A DNA stretch of 63,770 nucleotides, the filler included, from Pelomyxa schiedti (taxonomy: Eukaryota > Protista > Evosea), in assembly GCA_020536535.1 (NCBI GenBank). It is 11 parts of 11 records of this genome, joined end to end, with 100 filler letters (N's around TTAATTAATTAA, not from the genome) between each part and the next. Parts side by side here need not be neighbours in the genome. Positions count along the whole stretch, not along the records: positions 17,245 to 38,268 come from JAHLWZ010001079.1; 10 more parts are not named here. One strand, written 5' to 3'. Positions 20,700 through 34,400 of this stretch are shown here, in pieces. Made by a program: the position numbers and the translations under genes. Position 1 is the first letter of the stretch. Every line of letters begins with the position of its first letter. The notes beneath the pieces are model-generated. The model searched no databases. It was not told the origin of the DNA and worked only from the letters and a program-made list of their open reading frames with translations.

Positions 20700-21023
20700 T
20701 CAACCACTGGTATTATGCCTTGCGCGCCGCCGGGGTCGTGTCGCGCCCCCTTCGTATCGTATCGAAATAAATTTGTGTTTGTTCCGGATCTCGAAGGGAG
20801 AATAATGGAATGAAGGTAAAAGACTAAAGAGACAAGCCGGGGTTTTATTGTGCGTTTGCGTTTGCGTCGGTGTTTGGATTTTTTACATATCAGACATGTT
20901 GTGGGTTTTCGTGCTCGTTTCGTTTCGTTCTCGGCACCAATAGCCGCCAAGTGTGGGCTTTGTGTGACGAGAAATATAAGTAGAGTCGGGAGGCCCTCGT
21001 GCGTTCCTGAATAGTGGGATTCC

Positions 21024-23092
21024 TCAGCTGGAGTGGAGGGATGCTTCAGAGGATGTGGAGCGGCTTCTGGATGGTTGTTGCTGGTGTGGCTGTGCTGTGG
21101 TTGTGTTGTTGGTGTTGGTGTTGTTGTTCTGCGGGGATTCGCCGTTTTGTTGGTACAGCTGGTACTGTGCAAGTGGGTGTTCTGAATTGGGTTGGTGGTG
21201 GTTGCTAGCGGGCTGGTGGTGCGGAGATTGCTTGACACCCGCGGTCACATCCCCGCCGGGATCCCCGTTTGTTGCTGCTTGGGTGGGCCGCACCGCCGCG
21301 GCCCCCATTGGCCCTCCGGTGCTCCCTCCAAAAGCGGCTCCATTGGTAGCTGGTGCAGTGGTACTAGTGGGTAAGCCGCCGGAAGCCCCCACTGTGGGGC
21401 CTCCTCCAACTCCGACGCCATTGGAGTTTCCGCCGGTAGATGTGCCTAGACCTGGGGAAGAGCACAAGGTGCCGGAGTTGTAGGGCTGAAATGGGTCGAA
21501 GTCCGACATGGATTGGAACGGTATTTGTTCCAGCCATTGCAATACAGTAGCATGTTTCCCGTCGTGTGTTACACATTCATGCAAAAATGGGGTGCATCCA
21601 TCTCTTACCTCCATAGGTCGCGTACTATAGCCAATTAATTCGCATTGTATAAATGTCCCGCGCCCACGGTCACATATCAATACGGCATTGTCTTTGCCAG
21701 TAGTCAACTTGCTGCCAATGAGTATTGGCATGCCATTTGTGCGTACTGCAACACCAGGTAATACATTTTCATAAATACTGCAAGAGTTGAAGAGACCGCA
21801 TCCCCGGTTGTGAACATAGACACCGTTGCTATCTCCCTTGAAAATTGAGCAGGAGTTGACAACGGGATTGCCCCCGGCTCGCACTTCAATGCCAGGCATC
21901 TGATTTTGCCTAACCATACAGCCGCTCACAACTCCTCTTCCACTGTCGTAGATAAGAACTCCAGCATTTCTGCCATCTCGTACTATGCAGCCACTGACTA
22001 TGGGATCACCTCCTGTGCATGTAGCCACGCCCGGAAGAGCATTGCCCCAGATATCACACACTGCAAAAATTCCCATGCCTTCATCCCGTACAAATACACC
22101 ATTACTCTCTCCAGCACCTATGCTACAATGATCTAGAACAGGATTTGCTCGTGTTGTTACAAGTACTCCCGGTTTGTTATTGTGCTCGAAAGTACAGTTT
22201 GTTAAATAGCCCTTCGCACTTTCGCGGGCATGTAGACCTGTACCACAGTGTGTTATACTGCAATTGAAAAAAACTGGTTCAGATTCACTTTCAATGACAA
22301 TTCCCTGATGAAGTTCAGTGAGAAAGGAGCGAGAGGGGGCGAACCGTTGAAGAACCAGAAATCATGCAGTGGTGCAACTGACCCTGCGCATGGTCACTGA
22401 AGACAACACCGGCCCTATCTGTGGATATGATTGAACACGTGTGCAGTATGGGAAATCCATTTCTGCCTTGCACTGAAAGTCCGTCCTTTCCACCTTAGAG
22501 ATAATTGTTACTGCGTTATTTAGTGGATGAATATGTGTACCTGATATTGTGCATGAAACTAGCATAACTTGTCCAGCAGTTACTTGTACAGCTGAGGTGC
22601 TACGACTACAAGTCAAGTTTAACTTTTCGATAACAACTCTTGGACATCGTTAAGGAAGGGGCTACGTTGAAATTGCACTACCTTTCCGTTTTCTCGACGT
22701 CGAGTGCCAGATTGATTATTATGTTCCCGTTCACAGAGGCTCCCTCTGTTCCAGTAAGGTGCAACGGTTTGTCAATAAGAACTTCGCGTTTTTCGTCGTA
22801 AGTTCCCGGCCTGATAGTTATCTTGGTTCCAGCAGGGCTCATGTCCACCGCTACATATTTTATTAAGGAAATAGAGAAAAGCCGTGTGCGTCACAGTAGC
22901 AACACACCATCTGCGACATTGCGAAAATCGCCACCACTTGGAGCAACAACGACGTTGGAAGATCTCCGCCTACTTTTTTGATAAGTTATTTGGTCATTCC
23001 TTGTTGACTATCGGCCGTGTTGTTCAGTTTTTTTTTCACGCGTGTAATGAGAGTGTTACGTACGATCTTGACTGCGACGAACACGAACCCAT
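21024..23092 (-). CDS. Right-handed parallel beta-helix (PbH1/CASH, FBXO11-like repeats) protein with MGSCSS N-terminus, no F-box
   Basis: Spliced start MGSCSSQSRS|RRSSNVVVAPSGGDFRNVAD|AVDMSPAGTKITIRPGTYDE; repeats such as DIWGNALPGV, MVRQNQMPGIEVRAGGNP, SIYENVLPGVAV. Confidence 0.75.
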
Positions 23093-23318
23093 TTTATTAT
23101 TTTGTTATTTTTTTTGGTAAACGTGGGTTTTTGATTTCGCCTTTTTTCGTTTAAGCAAAAGGCATGAACGTTCATGAGAATAGAAATAAACGTTGTGGCT
23201 CATAACGCTTCAACACAGGTGGAATCTCCCACTTCCCATAAGGTCGTGGCGCCCTCCCCACATTCAGATCTTTAACTTCCCTTTCGGAGCCATACAATAA
23301 GAAAAACCATCACTCGAA

Positions 23319-24593
23319 ATGCTTTCTGTAGTTCTTCTCGTTGGCTGTGAGGATTCCCCTCGTGCAGTTGTTTGTTTATCGATGTGCACAGACGCGACGA
23401 CACCGCGTTGTGCCGCCGCCTCACTCACTTATGGGACCAAGGTTTTATTGCTTCATTCGTGGCGTTGACGCGATACCGTCGAATTTCGAGTGGAACTTTT
23501 GGAATTTCCAGGTCAAGCAGAGTTTTGCTTGTAATTGCTCACCCTGATGATGAGGCAATGTATGTTGTTTCTTTTTGGGAATTGTTCTTTGTGCGTATTG
23601 TTGTGGTTCTTCGTCAACTACCAGCTTTGTTGCTTGAATGGGCCTTAAAACTGACACAACAGTCAGGTTTTTTGTTCCTATTGTGGATGCTCTGAAGAAC
23701 GAGGGCTGCCAACTGTTTCTTCTGTGCTTCACTGCGGGTATTTACTTCCTCCCTTTTTGGAATTGAAGCATATGCATTCATACATGACACAGACCCCTGC
23801 AGGAGGAGAGAGCTGCTCGGCAGCTGTGACATTCTGGGTATCCCACAACACAATATCACCATTCTGTCAGATGCTTCATTCCCAGTGAGTTCCCTCCTCT
23901 CATGCCGGTTGGTTTTTCCTCGCAGCTCACAAATGTGCACAGGATGAAATTCACACAAAATGGGTGACATCGCAAGTTTCTGATGTTATCTCCAGAAAAA
24001 TTCAAGAAGCCTCACCCATCCATTTTGTTGTCACATTTGATGAACTGGGAGTTTCCAGGCACCCAAACCATTGTTCCGTTCACGCGGGAGCAAGGTAGTA
24101 CCCCACCCACATCCTTTTTGTCTGATCATTGACACAAGATATTTCCTGCAAGAAATTGGCAAGGGGATTCTGACAGCAGGAACCAACAAACCAACACTGT
24201 TGTTGCTGAGGACAGTGTCATCACCTCTCCTGAAATACACTGGTGTCTTTGGTGCCCTGCTCCTGCTGCTGTTATCCCAACTGAGCAGCCACTTCGTGGC
24301 TTCTGCGAAACCCGCAAGCAGCAATGGTGAGACTGCGACAGTGTTTTGCCTCTTTGGTGCAATCAAGTGTTGGTTGTGCATGACAAAACACGCGAGCCAA
24401 TTTGTTTGGTACAGAAAGTTGTCTGTTGTTTTTTCAGTGTATTCCTTCATCAATGCACTTTCACCATGTTCTTAGGAAAACAAGAACACTCTTTTTTTTT
24501 CCACCTGCACACACTTTGGATTTTATTTTTTTTACTGTGTGTGACAATGACATTTACACCCACAGACTGGGTGTCTTCGCATCCTGGTTCTAA
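23319..24593 (+). CDS. PIGL: N-acetylglucosaminyl-phosphatidylinositol de-N-acetylase (GPI biosynthesis), multi-exon
   Basis: RVLLVIAHPDDEAM (HPDD metal motif), TFDELGVSRHPNH (HxNH), SQFVWYRKL. Exact termini inferred. Confidence 0.88.
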
Positions 24594-24903
24594 GTAATTT
24601 CTGGGAGATTCAGGTGACACCTAGAACTGATTCACACTCTTTTTCTAATTGGATATTGACCACCGCACTGTGGCGTGCTGGGGTGTTGGTTGTTGTTTTC
24701 CTTGAGCACAAAGGGAGAAGCCCGAATACAAACAGTTGGTGTAGTTTTCCCAGAAATCCATCAGTAGTTACACCTCGCCACAGTGCATTTGATGTGGTTC
24801 TGGCAGATGAGGCCAGTTTTGGCACACAACATCCCGGGATCCAATGTTGTACAGTAACCCATGGAAGAACCAGGGCTTGTAAGAGGAACCCTGGCGCCGA
24901 TTT

Positions 24904-26418
24904 TTGTTTTTTGTGACTCAAGAGATGCTGGAAACACGCCGGGAACACGCTCCACGCATTTTCAGAGACGTGTTATCCGCTAAGGAACAAATGGTTGCGA
25001 TGCTTTGGCCCTTGGAAAAACAAAAACAACAACAACAACAACAACAACAACAAGGAATTAGACCAAGCACTACAAGGAGAAAACCGTCGTCGTCATCGCC
25101 GTCATCCTCCTGCGCCGCCTGCTGCGTTGACCTGGTGCCATTGTGGGTGTTGCGGGAGCACATTGGGAAGATGTGGGTGATGAGGCCAGAGAGGAGTGTC
25201 GTTGTGACATTGACAGGAGAGAGGCGCACGAGCCAATACAGTTCGCCAAGTGATTTCCAGGAGTCCACTTTCTTCAGTGTGAGCTGGACACTTGGCGTTG
25301 TGTGTGGGCCTGTGGACGTTGTCCTGGAGGAAATGTGCCTTGGGTGGCTGGGGAAGGAAGACTACCTTGTCTACAGTTCCTGTGAGTGCGAACTGTGGCA
25401 GAAGGGAAAGCGCGAGAGGTACAAAAGCTCTGTGAACCGCTGGGCGCTGCGCGTTTATAGAGGGTGCTGCAACAGGAGGTGGGTTGCTGTTGTTGCAACA
25501 AGCACATATAACAACGAGTATGGCCTGTTCGCAGCAAGCGTGGAAGATGAAAAGCCAGATGAGAGAGGATTTTACAAGGTTTTGGACTGTCCAGCACCCA
25601 TGGACATTCTGTCACTTTCCTTCTTTGGTTTCACTGAGTATGCCTTCGAGTCAGATGTTTTGGAGGCAATCTTCCTTGAACAGAGATCTGGGGTCAAGTA
25701 TCTCCGTGTGACTCACATCAGACTGTTCCCCAAGATCATCACAGGAAATGAAACCAAGTTTTATTGCACCTCTGACCTCGTCTGTGAGTGCCCTCTGCCT
25801 GAGAACGACATCACCGCATTGTCCAAGCCACTTGTGAACAGGGCTGATGGGACTTATTACTTGTTCATGGCAAACGGGTCGATGCTGGTTTTGAACTCAA
25901 ATGAACTGATCAAGAGTGACGTGCCCAAAAATATGGTGGTGGAGATTGTTGACGATACACATCTGTGCACAATTCGCAGCGAGTATTCAGCCCAAACTGT
26001 GTCTGTCTATTCCCTCCCTGAGTGGCACTTCTTTGGGAAGTCAACATCAACATGGTCATTCAACTTTGAGGGCGAAAACCACGTGGTCCCACTTCGCATT
26101 CACAGTTTTCCACATGGCACCACTCTTTCTGTTGGTTGTGGCCTCATAATATCCAGTGCACCGCTCTACGTTCGTGACCCACAACCAATGAGACCCAGGC
26201 TCATCTCTGGCAATATTTGCTCTGCATCAGAGGCGGTGGTGTTCAGGCATTCACCAGGAGGCATGATGCATCAATTCGTGGACGCAACCGCTGGCACTGT
26301 GCTGTTTTCCATGGAACACACAGATTGGGCGCCTTCCCAAATTGAAATACTATCAGTTCCGTTCCTGTATCCCTTGCTCCGTCCCTGGCAAATTGCCGAT
26401 ACCAAAAAAAGAACTTAG
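24904..26418 (+). CDS. Divergent 'RCG-module' family protein (~500 aa, intronless)
   Basis: LVPLWVLREHIGKMWVMRP, FSVSWTLGVV, CCNRRWVAV and C-terminal FVDATAGTVLFSM match family motifs. Likely start is the ATG at ~24924. Confidence 0.75.
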   Translation: MFFVTQEMLETRREHAPRIFRDVLSAKEQMVAMLWPLEKQKQQQQQQQQQGIRPSTTRRKPSSSSPSSSCAACCVDLVPLWVLREHIGKMWVMRPERSVVVTLTGERRTSQYSSPSDFQESTFFSVSWTLGVVCGPVDVVLEEMCLGWLGKEDYLVYSSCECELWQKGKRERYKSSVNRWALRVYRGCCNRRWVAVVATSTYNNEYGLFAASVEDEKPDERGFYKVLDCPAPMDILSLSFFGFTEYAFESDVLEAIFLEQRSGVKYLRVTHIRLFPKIITGNETKFYCTSDLVCECPLPENDITALSKPLVNRADGTYYLFMANGSMLVLNSNELIKSDVPKNMVVEIVDDTHLCTIRSEYSAQTVSVYSLPEWHFFGKSTSTWSFNFEGENHVVPLRIHSFPHGTTLSVGCGLIISSAPLYVRDPQPMRPRLISGNICSASEAVVFRHSPGGMMHQFVDATAGTVLFSMEHTDWAPSQIEILSVPFLYPLLRPWQIADTKKRT

Positions 26419-26619
26419 CTTTTTCTTGTGTACATTGCTAACAATGCCGCCAAGTTTTCAGACTTTACCTCTGAAGGCCTCTTTAGATGAGCCACCGCAG
26501 TGTGATACAACACCAAACAGCACTGCTCCTGAACCACAGTCAAAACGACCGATGTGGCCATCGTATTAGTATCTTCCCTTTTCGTCTTTGTGTACCTTCC
26601 TGGATACAAGCATCAAAAA

Positions 26620-28115
26620 ATGTCGTTTCGTTTGGTGCTCGTGGATGCCAATGTGCGCTCGTTTTTTCGCATCAGCATTGTGGCGCAGGGGAAACATCAC
26701 ACCTCGCCACAAGCATTGTATTAAAACTTCTACAGGCCGAATTGTGTGAGGCTCTGAGGCGATCCTTTGCCACCTTCTCGGAGGTGGCTGTCATCCAAAG
26801 TGAGTCGGCGTGGCGGGTTTCGTCGTACTTGTGGGACTGATCACTCGCTCATTGTCTTCTGACACTTTTTGGGTGTAACTGGACCATCAACACACGCACA
26901 CAGGTTTGTTTGAAAACGTGTCAGAAGAATGGACGTGCATTGTGAGTCCAGGGAATAGCTTTGGTCTGATGGATGGCGGAATGGACCTGTGTTTGACTTC
27001 TTATTTTGGGGAGGGATTGCAAACGGCAGTTCAGAGTCACATTGTTGAGGTTTCCTTCCATCCACACTCACTTGTTTTTTTTTCCTCTTTGGATAATTAT
27101 AATAAAAAAAAAACACCTCTGTAGAACTTTGATGGAGAACAACCCGTGTGTGCAATTCTTACTTCAGTCAGTGCAAGTAAAACTAAAATACATCTTATTC
27201 TTCCTGCCGTTACAGGTTGGAACCGCTTTTGTATGCCGAAAACACAACCACTCAAAATACAATTTTAACGGAACCCCGTATTTTTCAGGTTGTTGAGACA
27301 GGAAATTCGAAGCACCCTTACCTTGTTCATGCTCCAACAATGAGGGTTCCGGAATCTATTCAGGTTGGCAATGTATTTAAAATAAAGACACCACACAGTC
27401 AAGAGACTCAAAATCAAATCAAAGCATGTTTGAGCATAAAACTGTTTAAACAAAAGGGAACAGATAATGTATACCTCGCAATGAAAGCTGTTCTTCATGC
27501 AGTCAAGAAGTACAATGCCGCTTATACCGCCACTGCACCGCCAAGTTCAGTTGCATGTACCGCTTCTTCGGTGAGGCCGGAAATTAGAACTCTTCTGTGC
27601 CCTGGATTGGGTACGTGTTATGGCAAGATGGACTTTAATGCTGCAGCAACACAAATGGCTCTTGCATATAATAACTTCATCCACGCCCCGTCTCTCGGAA
27701 CACCTCTCACGTGGTCCTATGCCACAAGACGGAACAACGCCGTATCTACTCCCGAAATCTAAATAGCATCTAACAACCAAAATAAAAACAAAGGTTAAAC
27801 TTTCACTCCAAGGCAAGCTCAACCTTCACGATTATACAACAGCAACAGCCGACAATGACATAGTCGAGAAATACCTGGTATTTCCAATTCCATAAATAAA
27901 CATCTCTCCTTGAATTTCTTACCACACCAAACTCTTTTACTACCAAATGGCACGCGCAGCTATCCGTGACACCCAAGAATCCAGATGATATCATCAAAGC
28001 CAAAGCATTGTATGAACAAGGTGCTCAGCTGGAAAGTGAAGGAAAATTGGATCAAGCCATTTCACTTTATAAAGCTGCATTTCGTCTGGACCCAAGGCTG
28101 GAATTCTCGTGCTAA
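26620..28115 (+). CDS. Bacterial-type macrodomain (ADP-ribose binding/hydrolase) protein with C-terminal TPR-like helical hairpin, about 8 introns
   Basis: MSFRLVLVDAN..IVSPGNSFGLMDGGMD..YLVHAPTMRVPESI..NVYLAMKAVL..LLCPGLGTCYG..AATQMALAY. In-frame GT-AG introns (27741-27794 and ~27876-27959) extend the protein to KAKALYEQGAQLESEGKLDQAISLYKAAFRLDPRLEFSC*. Confidence 0.75.
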
Positions 28116-28424
28116 TATGAATTAATATGAATTCATGAATTCGGCAACAAAAATGACTTGGAGTTTTATTCTTTTGTGCACACATGTGTACATCATGTAC
28201 CTTTTTTCTGTGATGCTCTTTTTTGAAACGAGGGAAAAAAAAAGGCAAGATCTGCCATCAACGAATACGAAGCGAAAGAACAAAATCAATCATCGGACAA
28301 ACAAAAAATAATAAAAAAAAAAATCGAAGAAACGAGAAGCGGGGCCAGGGGAGTGACAACACAGAGAAGGACGAAACCGTGAAGCCAGGGCAGTGAAAAC
28401 ACGCAAGATAGATCTATCCTACCC

Positions 28425-31400
28425 ATGACTGACGGCAGTGAGGCCATCAACATCTACGTCGACTTTGCGAACAACAGAAAGAGCAACGAGTTCAATCCCA
28501 ACGTCATACTGGTGCAGGAGCTCGAACAGTTTGTCTCGTCACTCAGCACGATCGACGTTGGCGACGAGATCTTCGCCGACGATCGCGGTGGCGGCAGCAG
28601 CGGCGGCAGCGGCGGTGTTGTGGAAAAAGGCGGCGGAAGCGGCGCAATTCGGAACAGCGGCGCCCCCGATCCACCTGTCAAAACACAGGCAGCAACTACG
28701 GTGGCAAGTGGAAGCGGCGGAGTTCGTGGCGATGCCAAAGCGAATCCTGTGCCCACTGTTGTCAATCAACCTTCGGCGCATATATCACGGTCGCTGCCGC
28801 CTCGGCCGTCGACCATTATGGTGCCGCCTGGTGCATTATTGACGGTGTTGCCAACTGCCACGGCAACAAACGCACCCACCACAAGTGTCACACTAAACAA
28901 CACCTCCGCAACACAAGCAACAACTACACAGACACCAACACCTACACCGAAATATGTAGGGAACACGGCTGAGCCTCCTCAAAATCCCACTTCGCCCAGG
29001 CACTCGGTTCCACCAACCATAGAACCAAGAAGTAACTCACCCACTCCACCCCCTTCCTCCACTCGGGTTAGTACAAGTATTATTGGTTCTCGTCCCACAC
29101 ACGAACCACCATCACCAACAGCTCCACGAAAACCCCCCCGGCCATTACCACGTCAACCTTCTACAGGAGGCACACTTAGAGCAGCAACATCAAAGATTGG
29201 AACAATACGAAGTAATGCAACAGCGTACTCGACAGTTAACAGAGATGCCACTCCAGAAGCACTGGTATCCTGTAATGTACCTGTAGAAACGCTACCCACA
29301 ACAGTACCATCATCATTTACACCTCCACCAGCATCGACTTTTGCCCAAACACCACTGCCAGTAGCGATTCCAGACACCATTTTAGCTATCACTTCTACAC
29401 CCACTATACCCACTACACCTGCCCCAGCACTACCTGTTCCCACTGCACCTGCCCCTACTCCGCCAGTTCCAACAGTTCCCCCTTTACCTGCACCCACCCC
29501 ACCTCCTCCCACTTCCATAGGTTTCAATCCATTCAGCACAGTACGTTATATCAAAACATTTTTGAAGCTTACAAGTTTGTAATCAGATTGTGAATGAAGA
29601 GGCTGTACAAAGAAATGAAACTGCAATAATAAGTACTATTTTTCTTTCCTAAAATTCTTTCAAGTCATCAATTAAAATCAGTTTCATGATATAACATTTC
29701 TTTTTTTTTTTTTAATTATTATTCAGCAAATCCTGCACAACTTATACTCAACATACTTGAGTGTACTCAATCGATGGGGGTGGATTCTGCAAGTGTCAAA
29801 CTCACATTTAGTCTTCACTCGGTTGGGGATTTGCGGTGCATCACAGAGATGTTTGTGACCAATTGCAATGAGCACTCAGCAAGAAGAGCTGTATTCAAGG
29901 TTCATTTGTTCCAGACATGCACCCCCATCTCAATTTATTTCATTAGAACTTGCAATTTATGGACATTGGTCCCTCTGTAGTACTAGTGTGTAATATCATC
30001 AAAGAAGAGAGGACCCCAGAACGGGTCCATAGAAGGTTTTGAGTTTTTTTTTTTGAACAAAAATCAAAATTTACCTTGGGAAGGTGGTGTGGTGTAAGTA
30101 CCACATCTACTCTCTGCAAAGGTGACCAGTTTTTGAGTTTTTCGCCTTGTCCTCTTCGAGAAAGTACGCCTTGCCCTACTTCTTCTTGTAGTTACTTACT
30201 AAAGGAAATACCCTTTTATAGGGCAAAATACTCCACCTTTACCAGGAATTATGGTTTCAGTCAAAATCAGACTCAATATTTTCGAGGGAACATACTCTGA
30301 CCTATGCCAAAATAATTTATCAAGCAAGGAGGTAGTCAACAAGAAAAAACTTTCTGTTTCCTTGACAGCAACAGATACCATCATTTAACATTACACGGGA
30401 AACAACTCCTGACTTCACAAGAAACGATCTTTATTTCATTCTGAGGGCTCCAGAATTGAAGTCGAATCCATTTGGGAAAAAATGGGAAATATTTTGCACA
30501 GCCACCCTTCGGGATGAAAATGGGCAACAACTACAAGTGCTTATACTTCCTTTCCCTTTTTTTTTTTAATCTGTTTTTCTTTCAGAATTGCCACTTTACA
30601 CATGAGCATTCAAGACAGGTGTATTCGACTCCCTTATGGTGAGGAGGTGTGGAGTTGGAAAGATCCACATTAATTTTTTTTTTTTTCTTTGTTTCATTCA
30701 GGACCCTTGGGAAGCAGGCCCCCTTTGATGAGCAGGTCAGAATTAATATCCCTCTTAATCACTTGTCCCCTGTATACTTGTACTTGACACTGTCGAAGTC
30801 AAGTAAGTTCAACTTCCCTTTCTTTCCGACTCCATGTTCACCAAAATTTTTTACAGAGCCTGGGTCCTCACCACTGTGCTATGGAGCTATTTCCTTACTC
30901 AGTAGTGGTCGGCTATTGTCAGTAAAAGAGGGTCTCCATAAGATATTTCTATGGCGCACCCCTCCCCTTGGATCTGTTATACCTTTGCCCCCGTTTAATG
31001 GTTCTCCACTGTAGTTCCGTGAAGACTTACTTTAATGTATTTACCTCAGAAAAGAAAGACACGACAATTGGCTCTATGGGTGTTCAATTTCAAACATTCT
31101 TGCCTGTTCCCACTGATGGTCTTTTCCTCCTATCATCTTTGCTTTCTCCCCTCCCCTTTAACGATTTTTCCCCGTACACAGAAACGGTTTCAATTGTGTG
31201 TTCATGGAGCAAGCGAGGCTGTCTTGCTGATCTCACCAGCAAGATAGAGCTTGTGTCCTATAATGCTGCCCAAGTCGAGATACTGAAATTTCTTCCACCC
31301 ATACTCACCCAATTATTTTATGTGCTGGATGAGGTTGAGTGGAACCACAACCGAGAACCAGCCTTACAGAGGTATTTATTTAATACTTTAACATTGCTTG

Positions 31401-34400
31401 GGGGTTATATTTCTTTTTTCCCAATGCGAATCCCCAAGTAACCCTTGCTTGTATCAAGTTATTATGCCCTGACAGTCATCCTTGATTTGTTCAATAAGAG
31501 AAATAAAAAGTTCTTGATCTACAGGTGTTACCTTGATCGCTTCATCGAACATTATTTTAAGTGTGAGTGTCAAACTGGCCTTTTGCTTTTTTTTTCCAAC
31601 ATTTTGTGCTAGTTGGAAATGCTCATAGAAACCTCTTCAAGTGCCTTATTTATGTTTTAGAGAATACATCTGAAAAATCCCGCCTTGTGCAAACTTTGAA
31701 GGTATCCCTCCAACACCTGCATACATGAACTATTTCTTCTGTTGAACCCATTTCTCAGGTTCTACCAGCTATTATTCAGTTTATCCTTGTATCAAGGAAG
31801 AGTTATGATGAAATCAATGACACTCATGGAGATGGCGAGTTTCTTCATCAAATTGAAGAATGCTTGAAGCTATTAAACTCCAAAATCAAGGAAAACGACA
31901 ATATTGCCAGTGCAGTTGCCCAGGTGACATCTAAAAAATGGCCAGTTTCACACCAAAACTCTCCTCAGGAGTATGATGTACTACTGCAAGTTTTGCACGA
32001 CATATTTAATCATGAGAAGCTCTGTACCATATTCCTAGATTTTCTTGGCACAGTGCCCTTCAATAAAGGGAAACAAATTCTCAACAAACACGTTATAGAT
32101 TTGGTGATGCGAGTACTTGGAGATACTGTGAAACTTGATGAAGGTCTACATTAAAAACTTTTTTGCTTCATTTAAGAATGCATCATATCAGAACTGCCGC
32201 GCCTCATTCCTGAGATATTCAAGCTCATAACGCCTCAAATTCTAGAGTGTGCTCAACTACTCAAGGAGGTTATCTCTGTTGTTTACTGCCACTGTGTCCT
32301 AAATGGCATCACAGTATGTTCAATGCGTTTCTCGTGTTTTCTACTAATATACTGGCACCCTTTTGCATGGTAAAAAAACCTTAAACAGTGTTCCCCAGTC
32401 GTGTCAACCAGCTTGAGCGACTTTTTCCCTCATTTTGTGAATGAGATAGAACCTTTATTTGCTGTTAAAGCCAATAAAAGTCCGAAGTCTAATAATGACT
32501 TGCCTAATTTTGCACTGTGTCTTCTGTCTGTTGTCAAAATTAACCAACACTTGATCAACAATCCTACATGGAATACAAGTACCTTCCAAGTAAATATCCC
32601 CCATCTTTTAAAATTGACATACATGTATGACTGATAGTGGAAAAACCTAGAAACTTTTTAATGTAATGTGCGTGATACTTCAATGTTCTTGGCTCAAACC
32701 GAATTTGCGTGATTTCGCAAAAGGCGTGATTTCGACTACAGTCTGTAGCCTGCAGGTATCATAAATCCTCCCTTCCCATCCCTCACTCCCATTTTAAGGC
32801 ACAGCTTCTAGCCAAAGCTGCGTTGTTTACTGGATCAGACCAGGTAACAAGAGTAAATGTGAAAAGCACGACTCACTGCCCAATAGAGTGAAATTCTTCT
32901 GTGGTTGAATTTTTTCCGCCTTTGTTTAACCTTATTTGCGGAAACACATGAAATGTCAGTAGGACACCTTGTAACCTCTTTCATTGACTTTGCACAAAAA
33001 AGGGGTATCCGTAATCTCATAAATCAAATTTGGGAAATTCTCCCCAGCAAGCATTCGTTTGCCCCTTTGATACAGAACCTCTTGTCCCTCCTCCCTGTAT
33101 GCTTTTCCATTCTTTTCACAACTTACACAAGTGACAAATACAAACACACTCACAAAAAAGATTCTCATTGGGGATGGAGTCATCAACCTTATATTTTCCG
33201 ATTTATGCATAGCGGAATACAAACTGACGTAAAGCCTACCTCACTAAAACCGCCCCGCTAAGTATCTTCTAGTGGTGCATTCTGTCAGTGTGAAGCGGAA
33301 ACAACAGCTGTCATTGAGTCAGCTTTGCGGAAACGGATATGCACAATTAACGAGCTCAGATGCTTTGTTCAAATGTGATTTGTCACTGCGGTTTTTTCTT
33401 TTACCGATATGTTCAGGTTACGGGAACGTCTTTCAGCACAACATTTGGATAGTCTCTTCAGTGATAACATAGAAGTGTTGGTCAAAAACATAACAAGTGT
33501 GATTGAGCACCGCAACCCAGGTTTTTTTTTTATTGATTTGGAGAATTCTCACAGCCACTAAATAGAAATGCTGAAAGAGACATGTTTAAAGAACTTCTTC
33601 CAAAATGAAGAAGCCTACATAGCCAAACTTCAAGTTTTTTGTGTATGGGTTTGTAGCAATTTGAAGTATATTGATGTTTTTCAAAGTTGACTCATACAGT
33701 AAGTGGAGACGAAAGTGTCAACAAAGTCACCCGATTGTTAAATTTTCATTTGTCTTTCAAAAATCACTTTGTGACATCAGTGGGTCTTGATTGGCCTGAA
33801 TTTATGAAAATCGTGTGCACATCTGACTGGGAACATCACTTACTCACTCCAATATCTGTATTACAGGTGCCTGAATATGCTGAGTTCTTCTCTGGCCACA
33901 TGATTAGTGATCATACGGACACCTTTCATGTTGTCTTTATGAAGCTTTATGAGGTTACTTTCTGTTCGTCCTCATTATTATTTTGACTGCTTTGTAGCTG
34001 CAAGACTTTCTTTCCCAGGTTTTGCTGCAGACCTCAATTCGTTCCTTAATTTCCTGAATAAAGCTTCTTATGTGCACAGAACCTTCCAATCCAGACTTAC
34101 CCTTTATCCAAAATGCACACACCCAGTTGCTTACAACCACAAAAGGTTGTTGGCTACTTCTATTGCTCTTTGTCTAATGTTTTGTTCCACATCCAGATTT
34201 ACTCCGACAAAGATTTGCAGAGTTGATATCGAAAACTGACGGTTTACCAAGAAAGGTTTTACTTTTCTTTTAGTTTCTTCGTTGCTCACCACAGGTTAGT
34301 TCCTGACTGCAAAGCGGACTTTACAGCTGGACGTTAAAGTCCAATCCTACAACCAAGTCTCTGGTGCTCTCACACCCATGCATTTGCTTGTAAATTGATC

